This document shows positions 31,654-42,359 of a stretch of DNA of 64,000 bases, piece by piece. Origin of the DNA: Candidatus Latescibacterota bacterium. Lineage in GTDB: Bacteria > Krumholzibacteriota > Krumholzibacteriia > WVZY01. The stretch is from the NCBI GenBank assembly GCA_963791045.1, contig CAWBQK010000009.1, positions 64,001-128,000 on the forward strand, read 5' to 3'. A program made the position numbers and the translations under genes. The notes beneath the pieces were generated by a model. The model searched no databases. It was not told the DNA's origin and saw only the letters and a program-made list of their open reading frames with translations. Position 1 is the stretch's first letter. Each line of letters starts with the position of its first letter.

Positions 31654-34600
31654 TTAATAGTCCTTGGACCAGCCGAAGCCGAGGCTTGTTTGCCCGCGCT
31701 GGCCGTATGTCGATTCCAGCCTGAACTGGCCTCGCAGAAAATACTCAAGGCTGACAAAAGAGTCCGACTCCGGATCCAGCGCCTGCGCGTAACTCAACAA
31801 CGCCCTGGGGTTCAGATATTTTCCAACCGTCAGCGCGGTGCCTTCGTTGTCGCGGCCCGTGCTGGTGATCGAGACAACGTCCACCCCGACCTGACCGCCA
31901 AACTCCTCCTGGAGTTTGGCCGCGCCCAGCGATGCGATCATTTCTGTGGATCGTTTTTTAACGAGATCCGCCTGACCGTCGTCGAGATCATCGAATGTCC
32001 GCCCGAACAACAGAACGGACATGATATCGGATTCTGACATTTCGGGGCTGGATACAAGGTTGACCGCCGGTTCCTCGACCGTCCCGCCCATAATGATTTG
32101 GATCTCCGTGCCGTCTATTGTCGTCGCGAGAACGACGTCCAGGGACGGGTTGATTTCATCAGCGCCATAAAAAGTAACGGTTCCGCGTTCGAGTTGTAGT
32201 GTACGGCCGAGAACAATCAGGCTGCCCCGGGTGGCGCGAAGCTCTCCCGTCACAGTCGGGACCCCCTCCTGCTGTTTTACGGTCAAATTGCCCGACAACT
32301 CGAGGTCGAGACCCTTGCCGCGAATCCAGAATCCCGAGGGAATCTTGATCTCAACACTGAGATCCGGATTGATCTTGCTCTTTGGTGAGTCCGGGGCTTC
32401 GCGCGACCCGCCGCTGACAAGAGTGGAGTCTTCGCCGCCCAGCGAGTCTGCTTGTGTCCTCAGTAGAATCGCGTCCCCCTCGACGGGATGGAGGTTCTCC
32501 GGCAGGTCGGGAACGCGAATCAGGCCGCTTTCGATCACGATCTCACCCTTGATCACAGGGCGAAGGACCGTTCCCTCGACTCGTATATTCGAATTGGCGA
32601 TCATTCGCGCTTGTTCCGCAACCCGCACCTCAAATCGATTCGTCCGAAGACTACCGTCCAGGCCGGGATCACGGACGGAGCCGCTTCCACTCAAATTTAT
32701 CGTCATGATACCGCCGAGCCCAACATCGATGGGCAGCAACGGATCAAAATCGACGAGTTCTATATCGCTCGAGTTGACACGGAAAGCAACCTCGCCGTCC
32801 TCCGGCGTCCTCGCCCCTGGGGGATCGATGGAAATTTCAATTGGGTAAAATCCTTCAATGGAGAGAACGTCGCCATCCTCCCGTGACAGCCGAACCAGTG
32901 CCTCGGCGCCCCGCTGGTCGCTCGTCGACCGTTCGCCGGTCGCGCCCACATCCGGGAAATCCGCCGCTGTCGCAAGCGAATCCCGTTGTGCGGAAGTGCC
33001 AAACGCCGCATCGACCGAGAGTCCGTAACGTGAAAACTTTGGCCAGCCCGTAAAGTCGACACCAACAACGGCCCGCCCATAGGGCGAATCCACCGGACCT
33101 CGTATCGCGAGAGTTCCATCGAGCGACACCGTTTCGTCCTCCGGTATTTCCCCTGTTTCTCCAAGCATCCTCATCACTATCGGCATATTGACGATCGCGG
33201 CGTCGATCAACACGTCACCCTTATGGTAGTCGAAAGCAAACGGATACAGCGACAACACGGCGGGAAGCCGGAGATCGCTTTCAACTATTGCGCCGGTTGA
33301 GTCCCCGACCGTCAGCCGAGCGGCAATATGTTCGCTATCCGCGGTGAGAGTGAGATCCATTTCCGGCCGACGCCCATCGACCAGTTCAAATCCAGTCACC
33401 TGCGACGAAACGGTCAGATTGTGTTTCCCCTCTGCGTCAAATTCCAGATACACGTTATCCGGCCACGGCCGCACCCTCGATAACGCGGGCGGTTGCTCTT
33501 CCGGAAAATCGACCGATATCACTCCATCAAGACTCGAACTGTCCGCTGCCAAAAAACCGTCAATGTAAATAAACCCAAGTTCTCCCGTCAAGCCCAGTCC
33601 ATCGACAACGATCCTGTCGGAATCGCGGGGAAGTCGAACTTGAAACGGTCGGTCCGCGTGCAGATCCCTGCCACCGATATCAAACTCGAGCGTGTCGATA
33701 TCGACGGTGATACCGCCGACGGTGTCCACACGCAGCGACTGCCGCAGATTTATGTTTTCCCCTTCGGCGGTCATCGACAAACGGACCGGAACCAGAGTAT
33801 TTGCGCCGCCGATCGACCGGACGGACAGAGTGGTGTGATTAAGTTCCAGATGAGGTGTCGAGATACCCTGGGGCGTTTCGAGGTCCAGCTTGACGCGGGT
33901 CGAGTCGAAATCAAGATCGGCCACGAACGAAGGGATGTCGACCGAGCCCGTACTAACGGCGCCTTCCATCGAAGCGATCACACCAGGAGACTTCAACGGT
34001 CCTTCAACTCGGGCTGACCCATACACGTTGAACTGCGGCAGAGAAGGAACGAATCGACCGGCAAACTCCGAATCGGTAACATTCAGAATGGCCTCGAGAT
34101 CAACCGTCCCGTCGCCGATCGTCCCTTTGGCGCTCAAATTGATTCCCTGCAAAACCAGATTCAAGGTATCGATTTCCACGGCCCCACCCGATCCAGTGAC
34201 GATAATTGCGGAAGAATCGATCCAAGCCGTCCCGCCGAAATCGATCGCAGCGCGATAACCCGTTCCACCGGAATCGGGCCATGTCGACACCGTCAAATCG
34301 CACACGACCGGTCCGAGATCGGCCACACTCGCGGAGTCGGGGAGCAACGGAGCAAGATTCCTTGGCCCCGGGAGCATGAGTTTTCCGGCGGCGGTTATTC
34401 GCGGCCCATCCGCCGCACCGAGTGTTCCTTCGATATCGATCTTGTAAGGCGCGTCGACACTCCATGCCGCGGCCAATGTATCGAGTTTGCCTTCAGTCAG
34501 ACCGAGGCGGCGCGTCAACAGCCGCGGCGGATCCGACCATTCGACCGCGAGTTTGTAGTGTCCGTCGCCATCAAGAACCAGGTCCGTCCACAGCGCCAGT

Positions 34601-36243
34601 TCGCCGGCCTCTCCCGACACGCGAACCGGATCTGCCACAACTCGACGGGTTGAGGCGGTGTACGCGACACTCCCGCCATCCGATCCGCGCACGGAGATCT
34701 GCGATCGCTGCACCGGTATGGTTTGGAGGACAATTGGTGAAAGTTTCGCGGCGATTGTTTCGCCCAGGGAGACTTCCGCCCCCAAACCCAGATATGTGTC
34801 CACAGAGTGAATTGTAAAATCGATTCGGCTCGGCCCATCTGATGCGCCGGGATGAATCGCGGTGATATCGAGTTCGTCGAATTCAAACCCGCCGATGTTT
34901 CCATTTCCTCGGACCGCCGCGCTAATGGTCGACGAGTCCGGCGCCCGCGCCGCCTCGACGGTAAGCTGCGCGGACAACGGTTGGGGCGCTTCGACATCCG
35001 GAGCAAAAAGCGCGAGCCAACTCGACCCACGACAATCGACGATCGTGTATATCCCGACTGAGTCCGGCGCAATCCGTGCGTGTGCGCGAAGGGCCAACTC
35101 GGAGAAGTCGACGTCAAATCGCTGCACATCGAGCGCGCCGTTACGGTAGCCCGCGACAATGTCACCGTGCTCGACCCAGTTGTTCTTTTTCAAAACAATT
35201 GTAATGTCGCCTTGGAATTCCGGGGTGAATTCCGTACGGCCTTTCAAGTCGAGCGAAACACCGTCGAGATCCGGAAGACCTTTGAACTTTGATTCCAAGC
35301 CCGGGATTTTCGCGAGCTCCTGCGTCCCCGGCGTTTTTATTTGACCTTCGAAATCAATCGATTTGACCCGGGCGCCTTCATGAGCCACTTCAGCCAGGAT
35401 ACTCACGCCGATCTGCTCGGGCGGGTTGTAATTCTCTTCGGTTGTGAGAACGAGCGCGATACGATCGGATTCATCGGACGAGAGCGTGAGATGCACGGAA
35501 CCATATGGCGGGAAATGCGCCCTCCCTTTTCCATCGACCCTTCCCCGATCGAGATCGAGAACAAGAGACAGACCATCCACGCTCCACTCGTCGGCGGCCG
35601 CTTTGGCGGTGAGCGTGTCGACCCGCAGTACGGGGCGCCGCCCGTATGACACATCGAGACCTGCCGAAACGACGACTCCCGTGATCGTCAATTCGTCGTC
35701 GACCCGAATCATCGGTGAGGTCACGTACACGCTTTCGACGGCAATCGACGGAACACCGGGGAGCGAACCAACCCTCGGGAATCCGTTCGTGCCGTCTTTT
35801 TTCGGTTCATCGGGCGGGCTGTCTTTATCGCTTTCGAACCGAGCGGTTATGGCGGGGATATCCACGCACACGCCGACGGCGACCAGTTCCTCGACGTGGA
35901 CGTCTTTGTAGACGAGTGGCTTGAGGCGCACGTCGACCTTCACGCGGTCGGCAATCACCAGTGTGTCCCCCGCGTCGGTCCACAGAATATCGGAGAGTTC
36001 GATGGTTCCGAGAGCCGGCCATGACGCCACTCCAATAGAAAAGTCGCCGGGGATCACAGTCCCCACATCCTTGAGCACGCGCGTAAGTACTTTTCCGCGG
36101 AAGGGTGAAAGCAGGAGCACGGCCACGAGCACGACGACAAGCGCCACGGCACCGGCCAGACCGATACCGATCCGTTTGGCGAGGCGTTTGCCCGAAAAAC
36201 GTCGTGTTGTGTTTTCTTCGACCGTCATGTCGTCATCTCTCAT
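31654..36243 (-). CDS. tamB: Translocation/assembly module TamB (C-terminal DUF490)
   Basis: N-terminal TM anchor, long beta-rich body, C-terminal SSPEMSESDIMSVLLFG and TVGKYL; directly downstream of tamA. Confidence 0.85.
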   Translation of the reverse strand: MRDDDMTVEENTTRRFSGKRLAKRIGIGLAGAVALVVVLVAVLLLSPFRGKVLTRVLKDVGTVIPGDFSIGVASWPALGTIELSDILWTDAGDTLVIADRVKVDVRLKPLVYKDVHVEELVAVGVCVDIPAITARFESDKDSPPDEPKKDGTNGFPRVGSLPGVPSIAVESVYVTSPMIRVDDELTITGVVVSAGLDVSYGRRPVLRVDTLTAKAAADEWSVDGLSLVLDLDRGRVDGKGRAHFPPYGSVHLTLSSDESDRIALVLTTEENYNPPEQIGVSILAEVAHEGARVKSIDFEGQIKTPGTQELAKIPGLESKFKGLPDLDGVSLDLKGRTEFTPEFQGDITIVLKKNNWVEHGDIVAGYRNGALDVQRFDVDFSELALRAHARIAPDSVGIYTIVDCRGSSWLALFAPDVEAPQPLSAQLTVEAARAPDSSTISAAVRGNGNIGGFEFDELDITAIHPGASDGPSRIDFTIHSVDTYLGLGAEVSLGETIAAKLSPIVLQTIPVQRSQISVRGSDGGSVAYTASTRRVVADPVRVSGEAGELALWTDLVLDGDGHYKLAVEWSDPPRLLTRRLGLTEGKLDTLAAAWSVDAPYKIDIEGTLGAADGPRITAAGKLMLPGPRNLAPLLPDSASVADLGPVVCDLTVSTWPDSGGTGYRAAIDFGGTAWIDSSAIIVTGSGGAVEIDTLNLVLQGINLSAKGTIGDGTVDLEAILNVTDSEFAGRFVPSLPQFNVYGSARVEGPLKSPGVIASMEGAVSTGSVDIPSFVADLDFDSTRVKLDLETPQGISTPHLELNHTTLSVRSIGGANTLVPVRLSMTAEGENINLRQSLRVDTVGGITVDIDTLEFDIGGRDLHADRPFQVRLPRDSDRIVVDGLGLTGELGFIYIDGFLAADSSSLDGVISVDFPEEQPPALSRVRPWPDNVYLEFDAEGKHNLTVSSQVTGFELVDGRRPEMDLTLTADSEHIAARLTVGDSTGAIVESDLRLPAVLSLYPFAFDYHKGDVLIDAAIVNMPIVMRMLGETGEIPEDETVSLDGTLAIRGPVDSPYGRAVVGVDFTGWPKFSRYGLSVDAAFGTSAQRDSLATAADFPDVGATGERSTSDQRGAEALVRLSREDGDVLSIEGFYPIEISIDPPGARTPEDGEVAFRVNSSDIELVDFDPLLPIDVGLGGIMTINLSGSGSVRDPGLDGSLRTNRFEVRVAEQARMIANSNIRVEGTVLRPVIKGEIVIESGLIRVPDLPENLHPVEGDAILLRTQADSLGGEDSTLVSGGSREAPDSPKSKINPDLSVEIKIPSGFWIRGKGLDLELSGNLTVKQQEGVPTVTGELRATRGSLIVLGRTLQLERGTVTFYGADEINPSLDVVLATTIDGTEIQIIMGGTVEEPAVNLVSSPEMSESDIMSVLLFGRTFDDLDDGQADLVKKRSTEMIASLGAAKLQEEFGGQVGVDVVSITSTGRDNEGTALTVGKYLNPRALLSYAQALDPESDSFVSLEYFLRGQFRLESTYGQRGQTSLGFGWSKDY

Positions 36244-36262
36244 AGAACTCTCTTAGCATCGA

Positions 36263-38089
36263 TCAAAAAGCCGGCCCGATCGAAAAATGAAAAACCCAGC
36301 GCGGCTGCGTTGTTTCATGATAGGTCAATCGATACGCGAGATCCACACGGAGTGGGCCGATAAGCGTGTTGACCCACAGACCCTGGCCGACCGCCACCTC
36401 AACATTGTCGACGGTCACGTCGTCGAAAGTTGGCCAAACCTGCCCGGCGTCGACAAAGGTGGTGCCCCTGAATCTCCAGAAAAGCGGATATCGCAGTTCG
36501 GCGGAGGTCTCAAACAACGCCTCCCCACCCAGCGGAGCTCCCTCTGAGTCGAGCGGACCTAGTTTTCGGCGCTTGAATCCGCGCATCGACACGGCGCCAC
36601 CCGAATAAAACTTTTTGCTCGGGAGAAGTTCCGTCGATTCGCCGGTGGGTTCCGCCCCACCGACCGTTAACCGCACGGCGAGAACCGTCTCCTGAGTCCG
36701 AGGCACCCCCATGTATGCCGAGAAGGCCGGTTCGATCTTCCAATAATGATAATCGGTGATTCCGTACTTCGGTCCCCACTCAGCTCTTACCCGCGTATAC
36801 GTTCCACGTGTCGGCACAATCGGGTCGTTGCTGCGATCCTCTTCAATCGTAAAACTCCACGCCGCCAGGAATCCGTCCTGTTCGAGATCGGTTATCACCT
36901 CGTCCGATTTTTCGATAACATCAACGTTGGACAATATCAAACCGAGTAGGACACGGCTTCGAAGAGAAAAGTTGTAGCTTAGCGTGAGGTCGCCACCGAT
37001 GTCGCGCTGTGTGTAGCTCTCTTCGGTTTCTCGCTTGGCCCCGATCAACGCCGACAATCGGCTTCTCGCGACGATTATCGCGGGCCACCAGGCGGTAAAA
37101 TCGATTCTCTGCCGGACGGACGAAGCCGCCGCGGTGGCGGCCCCGCCGCGAGCCCGCTTGAACAAATTTCTGTGCGTCCACCGGACGCCGCCATCGAGTT
37201 TCTCCTCCGACCAGTAACGGACACCGGCTTCGATTCTGTGGGGTTCGCGCATTGTGAGATTGGCAATCACTTCGAGCGTATCGGGCGCAACCTCTTCGAA
37301 ATCAAAACGAACCTGACGGAACACGCCAAGGACCTGTAGATTTTTCTGTGATTCGGAGAGCAGTTTTGGCTCGTACCGTTTGCCGTCTTTCGCCGAGATT
37401 GATTTTTCCGCAACCGGCACCAAGTCCGCATCGACGCCTTGTACGACAACATTCCCGAAGTAGACAACCGGCCCGGGCGCGGCGGCAAAAAACACGTCGA
37501 CACTTGTCGAGTCCACAGTTTCAACTCTGGATTTAACGTCAGCATGGGCATAACCGTTTTTGAAAAGCAGAAGAAGCAGGGATTCGACTGTCGTCTGGAT
37601 AGTCTTGTCCGCAAACACCGCGCCGGGAGCGGCGACTGTGACTTCATTCGCCTTTTCCTGCAAATCGACCGGGATGCCGGCAACCGAGACGGATCCGACA
37701 AGAACCGGGGCGCCCATTTCGATTTCAAATATGACAGTTAATTTTTGTGCGTCGGCCTCGGCATCGAATCGAACGCCGACACGGGCATTGGGGTATCCGC
37801 GTCTGGCGAGAAAAAGCCGCGCACGGCTGAGATCATCCTCGAGTGTCTGGGGAAAGAACAGGGGGCGTTTGGTGCCGAGGAAACCCGTCTTTAAGGCAAG
37901 GGCAAGACCGTCTTCGAGTTCGACCGTCATTTCCTCTTCGAGGCCCTCTACAACAACATCAGAAACGGTCCAGCCCTTGTACACCGACACGTCCCACGTG
38001 TCCTCCGCGCGCACGGAGCCGGAGTACAACGCGGCCAACAAGATCACAGCACAAACAACGAATAATCTGGTTCGCCTCATGTGTGTCAT
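36263..38089 (-). CDS. tamA: TamA/Omp85 family outer-membrane protein
   Basis: Three POTRA-like repeats, FYSGGAVSMRGF, FVDAGQVW, GPLRVDLAY, terminal SIGPAF. Confidence 0.85.
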   Translation of the reverse strand: MTHMRRTRLFVVCAVILLAALYSGSVRAEDTWDVSVYKGWTVSDVVVEGLEEEMTVELEDGLALALKTGFLGTKRPLFFPQTLEDDLSRARLFLARRGYPNARVGVRFDAEADAQKLTVIFEIEMGAPVLVGSVSVAGIPVDLQEKANEVTVAAPGAVFADKTIQTTVESLLLLLFKNGYAHADVKSRVETVDSTSVDVFFAAAPGPVVYFGNVVVQGVDADLVPVAEKSISAKDGKRYEPKLLSESQKNLQVLGVFRQVRFDFEEVAPDTLEVIANLTMREPHRIEAGVRYWSEEKLDGGVRWTHRNLFKRARGGAATAAASSVRQRIDFTAWWPAIIVARSRLSALIGAKRETEESYTQRDIGGDLTLSYNFSLRSRVLLGLILSNVDVIEKSDEVITDLEQDGFLAAWSFTIEEDRSNDPIVPTRGTYTRVRAEWGPKYGITDYHYWKIEPAFSAYMGVPRTQETVLAVRLTVGGAEPTGESTELLPSKKFYSGGAVSMRGFKRRKLGPLDSEGAPLGGEALFETSAELRYPLFWRFRGTTFVDAGQVWPTFDDVTVDNVEVAVGQGLWVNTLIGPLRVDLAYRLTYHETTQPRWVFHFSIGPAF

Positions 38090-38165
38090 GGATAAAAAGG
38101 TGCTCTGCCGTCAACCGGCAGTAGTTGCGAACGAGTGATATACGGGACTGCACGATTTGACGAGA

Positions 38166-38828
38166 TCAAAACATAAAAATCAGACCGGCCGAGACACTCG
38201 CCTGTGCGATGCCCGTCCCGCCGAACGCGGTGTAACAACCGTAGCCGCCGCAGGAGATAACCGCGCTGCCGCTCGTTATGACCCATGGGAGCATTCCCTG
38301 AACACGCAACCCGATTCTTTCAGTGACATATAGTTTCGCACCCAATCCAAACATTATCGAGAACTTCCACTCGTCGCTTCCGCCCACGAACTTGGGTATG
38401 AACCGGGTCCCTCCCAGAGTCATCAGTCCGAACACCGTGGTTTTCCCGTTCTGGGTTCCTCCGAGCGCACCGACCTGCCAGAACTCGACGGCAAAATCCC
38501 CAACGGTCTGCTTGGCGCCGCCAGTCGGCTGGTAGATGAGTTCGGTATCCTGCCGCTGGTACAGGAGAACAGCCTGCCCGCCCGGGGTGACATTAATGTC
38601 GACCTCTATCCCCCACATCGAGCCGCTCGTGATGTCCAGTTTGCCGAATTCTTCCTCTATCTGGACATCGGCGCTTTGGCTCCACAAATATCCGCCATAC
38701 GGAGAAATCTCGATCTTGTGCGGCTGCGTTCGGGCGTCCCAACCGGAAGAACCAATGCTCTGCGCCCAGGTCGACGGCGTAAAGACCAATAACAGCACGA
38801 CCAAGAGACAAACAGATTTGACCTTCAC
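38166..38828 (-). CDS. Outer-membrane beta-barrel protein
   Basis: GGGGAG RBS plus GTG 38828; signal peptide; EISPYGGY; terminal GLIFMF. Confidence 0.75.
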   Translation of the reverse strand: MKVKSVCLLVVLLLVFTPSTWAQSIGSSGWDARTQPHKIEISPYGGYLWSQSADVQIEEEFGKLDITSGSMWGIEVDINVTPGGQAVLLYQRQDTELIYQPTGGAKQTVGDFAVEFWQVGALGGTQNGKTTVFGLMTLGGTRFIPKFVGGSDEWKFSIMFGLGAKLYVTERIGLRVQGMLPWVITSGSAVISCGGYGCYTAFGGTGIAQASVSAGLIFMF

Positions 38829-38987
38829 CCGATACTCCCCGTTTTGGTTTGTCCGCCCATAAACGGCGAGACCGGCCTTATATGTCAGACCGGTCCGCCT
38901 CGAAATCGTCATCCGGTTTTGCGCCGCCCCAAATCTTATCGGGCGCGGCCGCGTCAACACCGGGGCTCTGTTTAACAAATGCCGGCG

Positions 38988-39596
38988 CTACCACCCCTGG
39001 TATGCCAGACCGACACTCACCGTCCAGTAGTTCAGATCGAGTTTGTCACCCTGGACTGATTCTCCGGCCTCGTAAGCCCAATTGTATTTTCCACTGACGT
39101 AGAGATCAGCTTCGGAGAGCGGAATTTGAAGCCCGATCTCCGGGCAGGCGCCAAAGTTCCAGTTGCTTTCCTCCACGGAGTGAACACCAATTTCGAACCT
39201 CTGGATGATGTAATACGTTCCCACACCACCGCCGACAAACATCCACACTGAGTTTTTGTTTCCAAAATACAAGTGGCCGGTGAGCATTATCGGGAACGAG
39301 TTGACGTACCTGTTCTGATAGCCGGTCAACGTGGAGCCTTCAAGTTCGATGGTTCCATCGGTGGTCTTGTTGAAAACGTGCCAGGCGAGCGACAACCCTC
39401 CGGTGAAAGACGAGCCTCCCTTGAACCATCGGCCGTCGAACCCGATGCCGCGGAAGCTCGTTTTGTCGATATAGTTTTCAAGATTCGCGTCGGGCACGGA
39501 CATCTGATATGACAAAACCGTAATCTTGGTCTGTCCAAACGCGTTGGCCGCAACCAGCAGGACGAGCAGTGTGGCAATTATATATTTCATGTTCAA
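38988..39596 (-). CDS. OmpW-like outer-membrane beta-barrel protein
   Basis: Signal peptide; YIDKTSFRG, FPIMLTGH and FVGGGVG motifs; terminal W; paired with a DUF4136 gene. Confidence 0.75.
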   Translation of the reverse strand: MNMKYIIATLLVLLVAANAFGQTKITVLSYQMSVPDANLENYIDKTSFRGIGFDGRWFKGGSSFTGGLSLAWHVFNKTTDGTIELEGSTLTGYQNRYVNSFPIMLTGHLYFGNKNSVWMFVGGGVGTYYIIQRFEIGVHSVEESNWNFGACPEIGLQIPLSEADLYVSGKYNWAYEAGESVQGDKLDLNYWTVSVGLAYQGW

Positions 39597-39622
39597 TATC
39601 CCGTGTTAGAGTGGACGGTGTT

Positions 39623-40294
39623 TTATTGGCCTCTTGATTCCAAATACGGCGATTGAAAAAACAACTGGTTGATCGAGTCGGTCAACCGCTGCTCTTTACT
39701 CGATTTGGAGTCATCCAGAATACCGTTGATCGTGCCCTGCCAGAGCACTTCCACATCGAATTCACCGTCCGGTCTCTCCTCTATCGTCTCGGGATCGAAC
39801 ATGTCCACAAGAAGCGTTCCCGTCGTGTAGGCGTATCCTCCTGAAACCGGCGGATAGTAGGGATACCAACAACATCCCCATCCCCATCCGGGGTATCCGG
39901 GATAGTAGCTGTACACCTGCCAGTACTCGACGGCAGTCGCGCGGACTATCACGCCTACCTGCGGCGGCGTTGGGTTTGACTCGGGAACAAGCTCATAACC
40001 ATATGCATCAAAATTCGCCTTGATGAGCGCGAGGGTTTCATTGTCAAATTCGCGTGAAAGCGGACTCTCCTCACCTTCCGCCACGATGTGGTAAATCGAG
40101 TCGGGCATCGCGTAGGTATTGAGTGCTCCATAATCGAATTCCGTATCGTATCGTGTGACAACGACATCCGACTGCTGCGCACTGATTCCCGAGTCCGGTG
40201 TACAGGATGTCAGGTTTAAAGATGCCAGCGCCGCGAGGATAACAAGCGCCGACAAAAGCGCCGGGTGCATCCTCGTTCTGGGTATTTTCGACAT
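39623..40294 (-). CDS. DUF4136 lipoprotein (paralog 2, divergent QSPYL type)
   Basis: AGGAGG RBS, lipobox LTSC, YTTGTLLVDM, INQLFFQSPYL. Confidence 0.75.
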   Translation of the reverse strand: MSKIPRTRMHPALLSALVILAALASLNLTSCTPDSGISAQQSDVVVTRYDTEFDYGALNTYAMPDSIYHIVAEGEESPLSREFDNETLALIKANFDAYGYELVPESNPTPPQVGVIVRATAVEYWQVYSYYPGYPGWGWGCCWYPYYPPVSGGYAYTTGTLLVDMFDPETIEERPDGEFDVEVLWQGTINGILDDSKSSKEQRLTDSINQLFFQSPYLESRGQ

Positions 40295-40497
40295 TAATGA
40301 ATCCTCCTGAAGTGGAGCGTCGCAACCGGCCGGTCGCCAAGTTCCACGCTCGGTTAGACGCGCTTGTTCAAGGGTGTATTTATCCGAGTTGAAATACCTG
40401 TAAAATATTACACGAATTGAGGATGGAGTCAAGCCGATCGCAGCCCGTTGTCACGGACGCCCCCATCCGCGGCTATTCCAATCCGACGGAATTCCCC

Positions 40498-40525
40498 AAA
40501 AACCAGCGGGGCCGTCTGGCCCCGC
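40498..40525 (-). terminator. Intrinsic terminator
   Basis: GCGGGGCC-N4-GGCCCCGC hairpin with a T-run on the minus strand, downstream of the 40554 gene. Confidence 0.6.
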
Positions 40526-40553
40526 AGTTTCTGCAAAATCTTAACGCTCTAAT

Positions 40554-41105
40554 TTACTTTATATTAGGCGGATACGCCGCGAATACCTTTTGAACCACCG
40601 CCTGCAGGTTCTTTTCCTGCTGCTCGGGTGTCGGATTCGAAGCGAGCGCTGCGGTCGCCGAGCCGCGCCAGACGAGCTGCTTGGTTTTGTAGTCGATCAA
40701 GTCGAAGATCAACGTGCCTTCGTCGTAAGTCGTCACATCAACATTTCCGCCACCCCAGCCGCCGTAATAACGCGGGTACGAATAACCCCAATCGGTGACG
40801 TTGACCACCTGATCGATTCCCGTGTGATATGCGATGAGAAGATCCGGATTTTCGGTGTCGATCGTCATTCCCCTGCCTTCGAGCTCGGCATTGACGGCGG
40901 TGCGGATTCGCTTGTCGAGCAGTGTATTGGTCTGCATCGCCTGTTTCGCATCACCAACGGCCGTGGTCTGCTGCGGGACCCACGCGAATGAACTGTACGT
41001 GGAGAAATCCGCATCCCTGTCGTAATCGTGATTCACCGACACCGACGAGCAGCCGATCGAGACGGCGGCAAATACCATTAGCATTAGCAGACTAATTGAT
41101 TTCAA
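40554..41105 (-). CDS. DUF4136 lipoprotein (paralog 3)
   Basis: GGGAGG plus TTG 41105; lipobox SIGC; YDEGTLIFDLID..LVWRG; YPP. Confidence 0.85.
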   Translation of the reverse strand: MKSISLLMLMVFAAVSIGCSSVSVNHDYDRDADFSTYSSFAWVPQQTTAVGDAKQAMQTNTLLDKRIRTAVNAELEGRGMTIDTENPDLLIAYHTGIDQVVNVTDWGYSYPRYYGGWGGGNVDVTTYDEGTLIFDLIDYKTKQLVWRGSATAALASNPTPEQQEKNLQAVVQKVFAAYPPNIK

Positions 41106-41206
41106 AACAAACCTCCCGATGGTCACTAAATTTTCTTTAAAGTGGAAATTTGACAACTATTTCTTGCCCAAATAGTAACACCTGCCCAAAGCGGTCGCAA
41201 ATCAAT

Positions 41207-41752
41207 TCAATTAGCCGGCGGATAGGCGGCGAGGATTTTCGCCACCGCGTCGGGGATTCGCTGGTCGAGCTGCTCGGGGGTTGGTTTGTCGTCGATGGTC
41301 TTTGTCGCGGACGCCCGCCATACCAGCTGCATGGTCTTGGCGTCGATCATGTCGATGATCAAAGTCCCCTCGTGGTATTGATATGCCTGGATGTCACGCT
41401 GATAACCGTAATAGTGTCCGCTGTACCGATATCCCCAGTCGGCCACATCGACTTTGTCTTCCACGCCGACATGGTAGGTCAGCAGGATATCGGGATTCAC
41501 CTGGTCTCGCACGAGCCCTTTGGCGTTGAGTTCCGACTCCGCGGCGCGCCTGAGCCTTGCGCTGAACAACTGATTCTGATTCATGGCCCTCACGACGTCT
41601 GCGGGGATATTGGGACGATTGTCCAACCAGTCGTACGTCTTGTACGTTCTGAAATCGGCGTCCTTGTCATAGTCGTTGCTAATCTTCAACGACGAACACC
41701 CGGACCCGAGCGCAATCAAGAATGCGACGGCGCAGAGTATGAACTTCCGCAT
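41207..41752 (-). CDS. DUF4136 lipoprotein (paralog 4)
   Basis: Lipobox GSGC; YHEGTLIIDMID..LVWR; YPP. Confidence 0.85.
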   Translation of the reverse strand: MRKFILCAVAFLIALGSGCSSLKISNDYDKDADFRTYKTYDWLDNRPNIPADVVRAMNQNQLFSARLRRAAESELNAKGLVRDQVNPDILLTYHVGVEDKVDVADWGYRYSGHYYGYQRDIQAYQYHEGTLIIDMIDAKTMQLVWRASATKTIDDKPTPEQLDQRIPDAVAKILAAYPPAN

Positions 41753-41840
41753 CACGGTCCCCTTTCGGACTGGCAAGTGTCTGAGTAAATCTTGAAACGC
41801 CTTTTGCAGCGCCGTCACCGGCGCTGCGAACGGTGACACA

Positions 41841-42308
41841 TTACTCGACGAAAGGAATCTCGTCCGCGATCTGGACGCGAATCAGAAGATTGATCAAGTT
41901 CTCGAGTTGATAAAACTTAACCACTTTTGTGCTCGGTAGAACCCAAGTGAATTTTCTCAGATACTCTTTCTTGAGGTAGGCTTCTTTTAGATCAAGCTCA
42001 ATCGATTTCTTCATCATGTCGTAGGCCATGTCTCCGGTGACGTCAAAATAATTCTCGGCATACTCCGTAATGATCGCGAGCCGCGCGTCGTTAATTTTAC
42101 GAAGATCCTTCTCGTATTTCCTGTACACCGGCCAGAATTTCGACGCCTCTTCGTCGGTGAACTGCATTTCTTCGGCGATGAGCGCGATTCGCTCTGCCCG
42201 AAGGTCCGAGCGGTACATCTCGATAACCGCATCCTGCGCATATACGGCCGAGGTCGAAAATACAACAAGTAAAAGGCTTACGAGCAAAATCGCCTTTTTC
42301 ATCATCAA
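41841..42308 (-). CDS. Periplasmic helical protein (Spy/CpxP-like)
   Basis: Signal peptide; MQFTDEEASKFWPVYRKYE and KVVKFYQLEN motifs. Confidence 0.65.
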   Translation of the reverse strand: MMMKKAILLVSLLLVVFSTSAVYAQDAVIEMYRSDLRAERIALIAEEMQFTDEEASKFWPVYRKYEKDLRKINDARLAIITEYAENYFDVTGDMAYDMMKKSIELDLKEAYLKKEYLRKFTWVLPSTKVVKFYQLENLINLLIRVQIADEIPFVE

Positions 42309-42359
42309 ACCCCCAATTCCTTGAAAACGTTGAGTGTGGTTCCTGCCACTGCCCTGGCA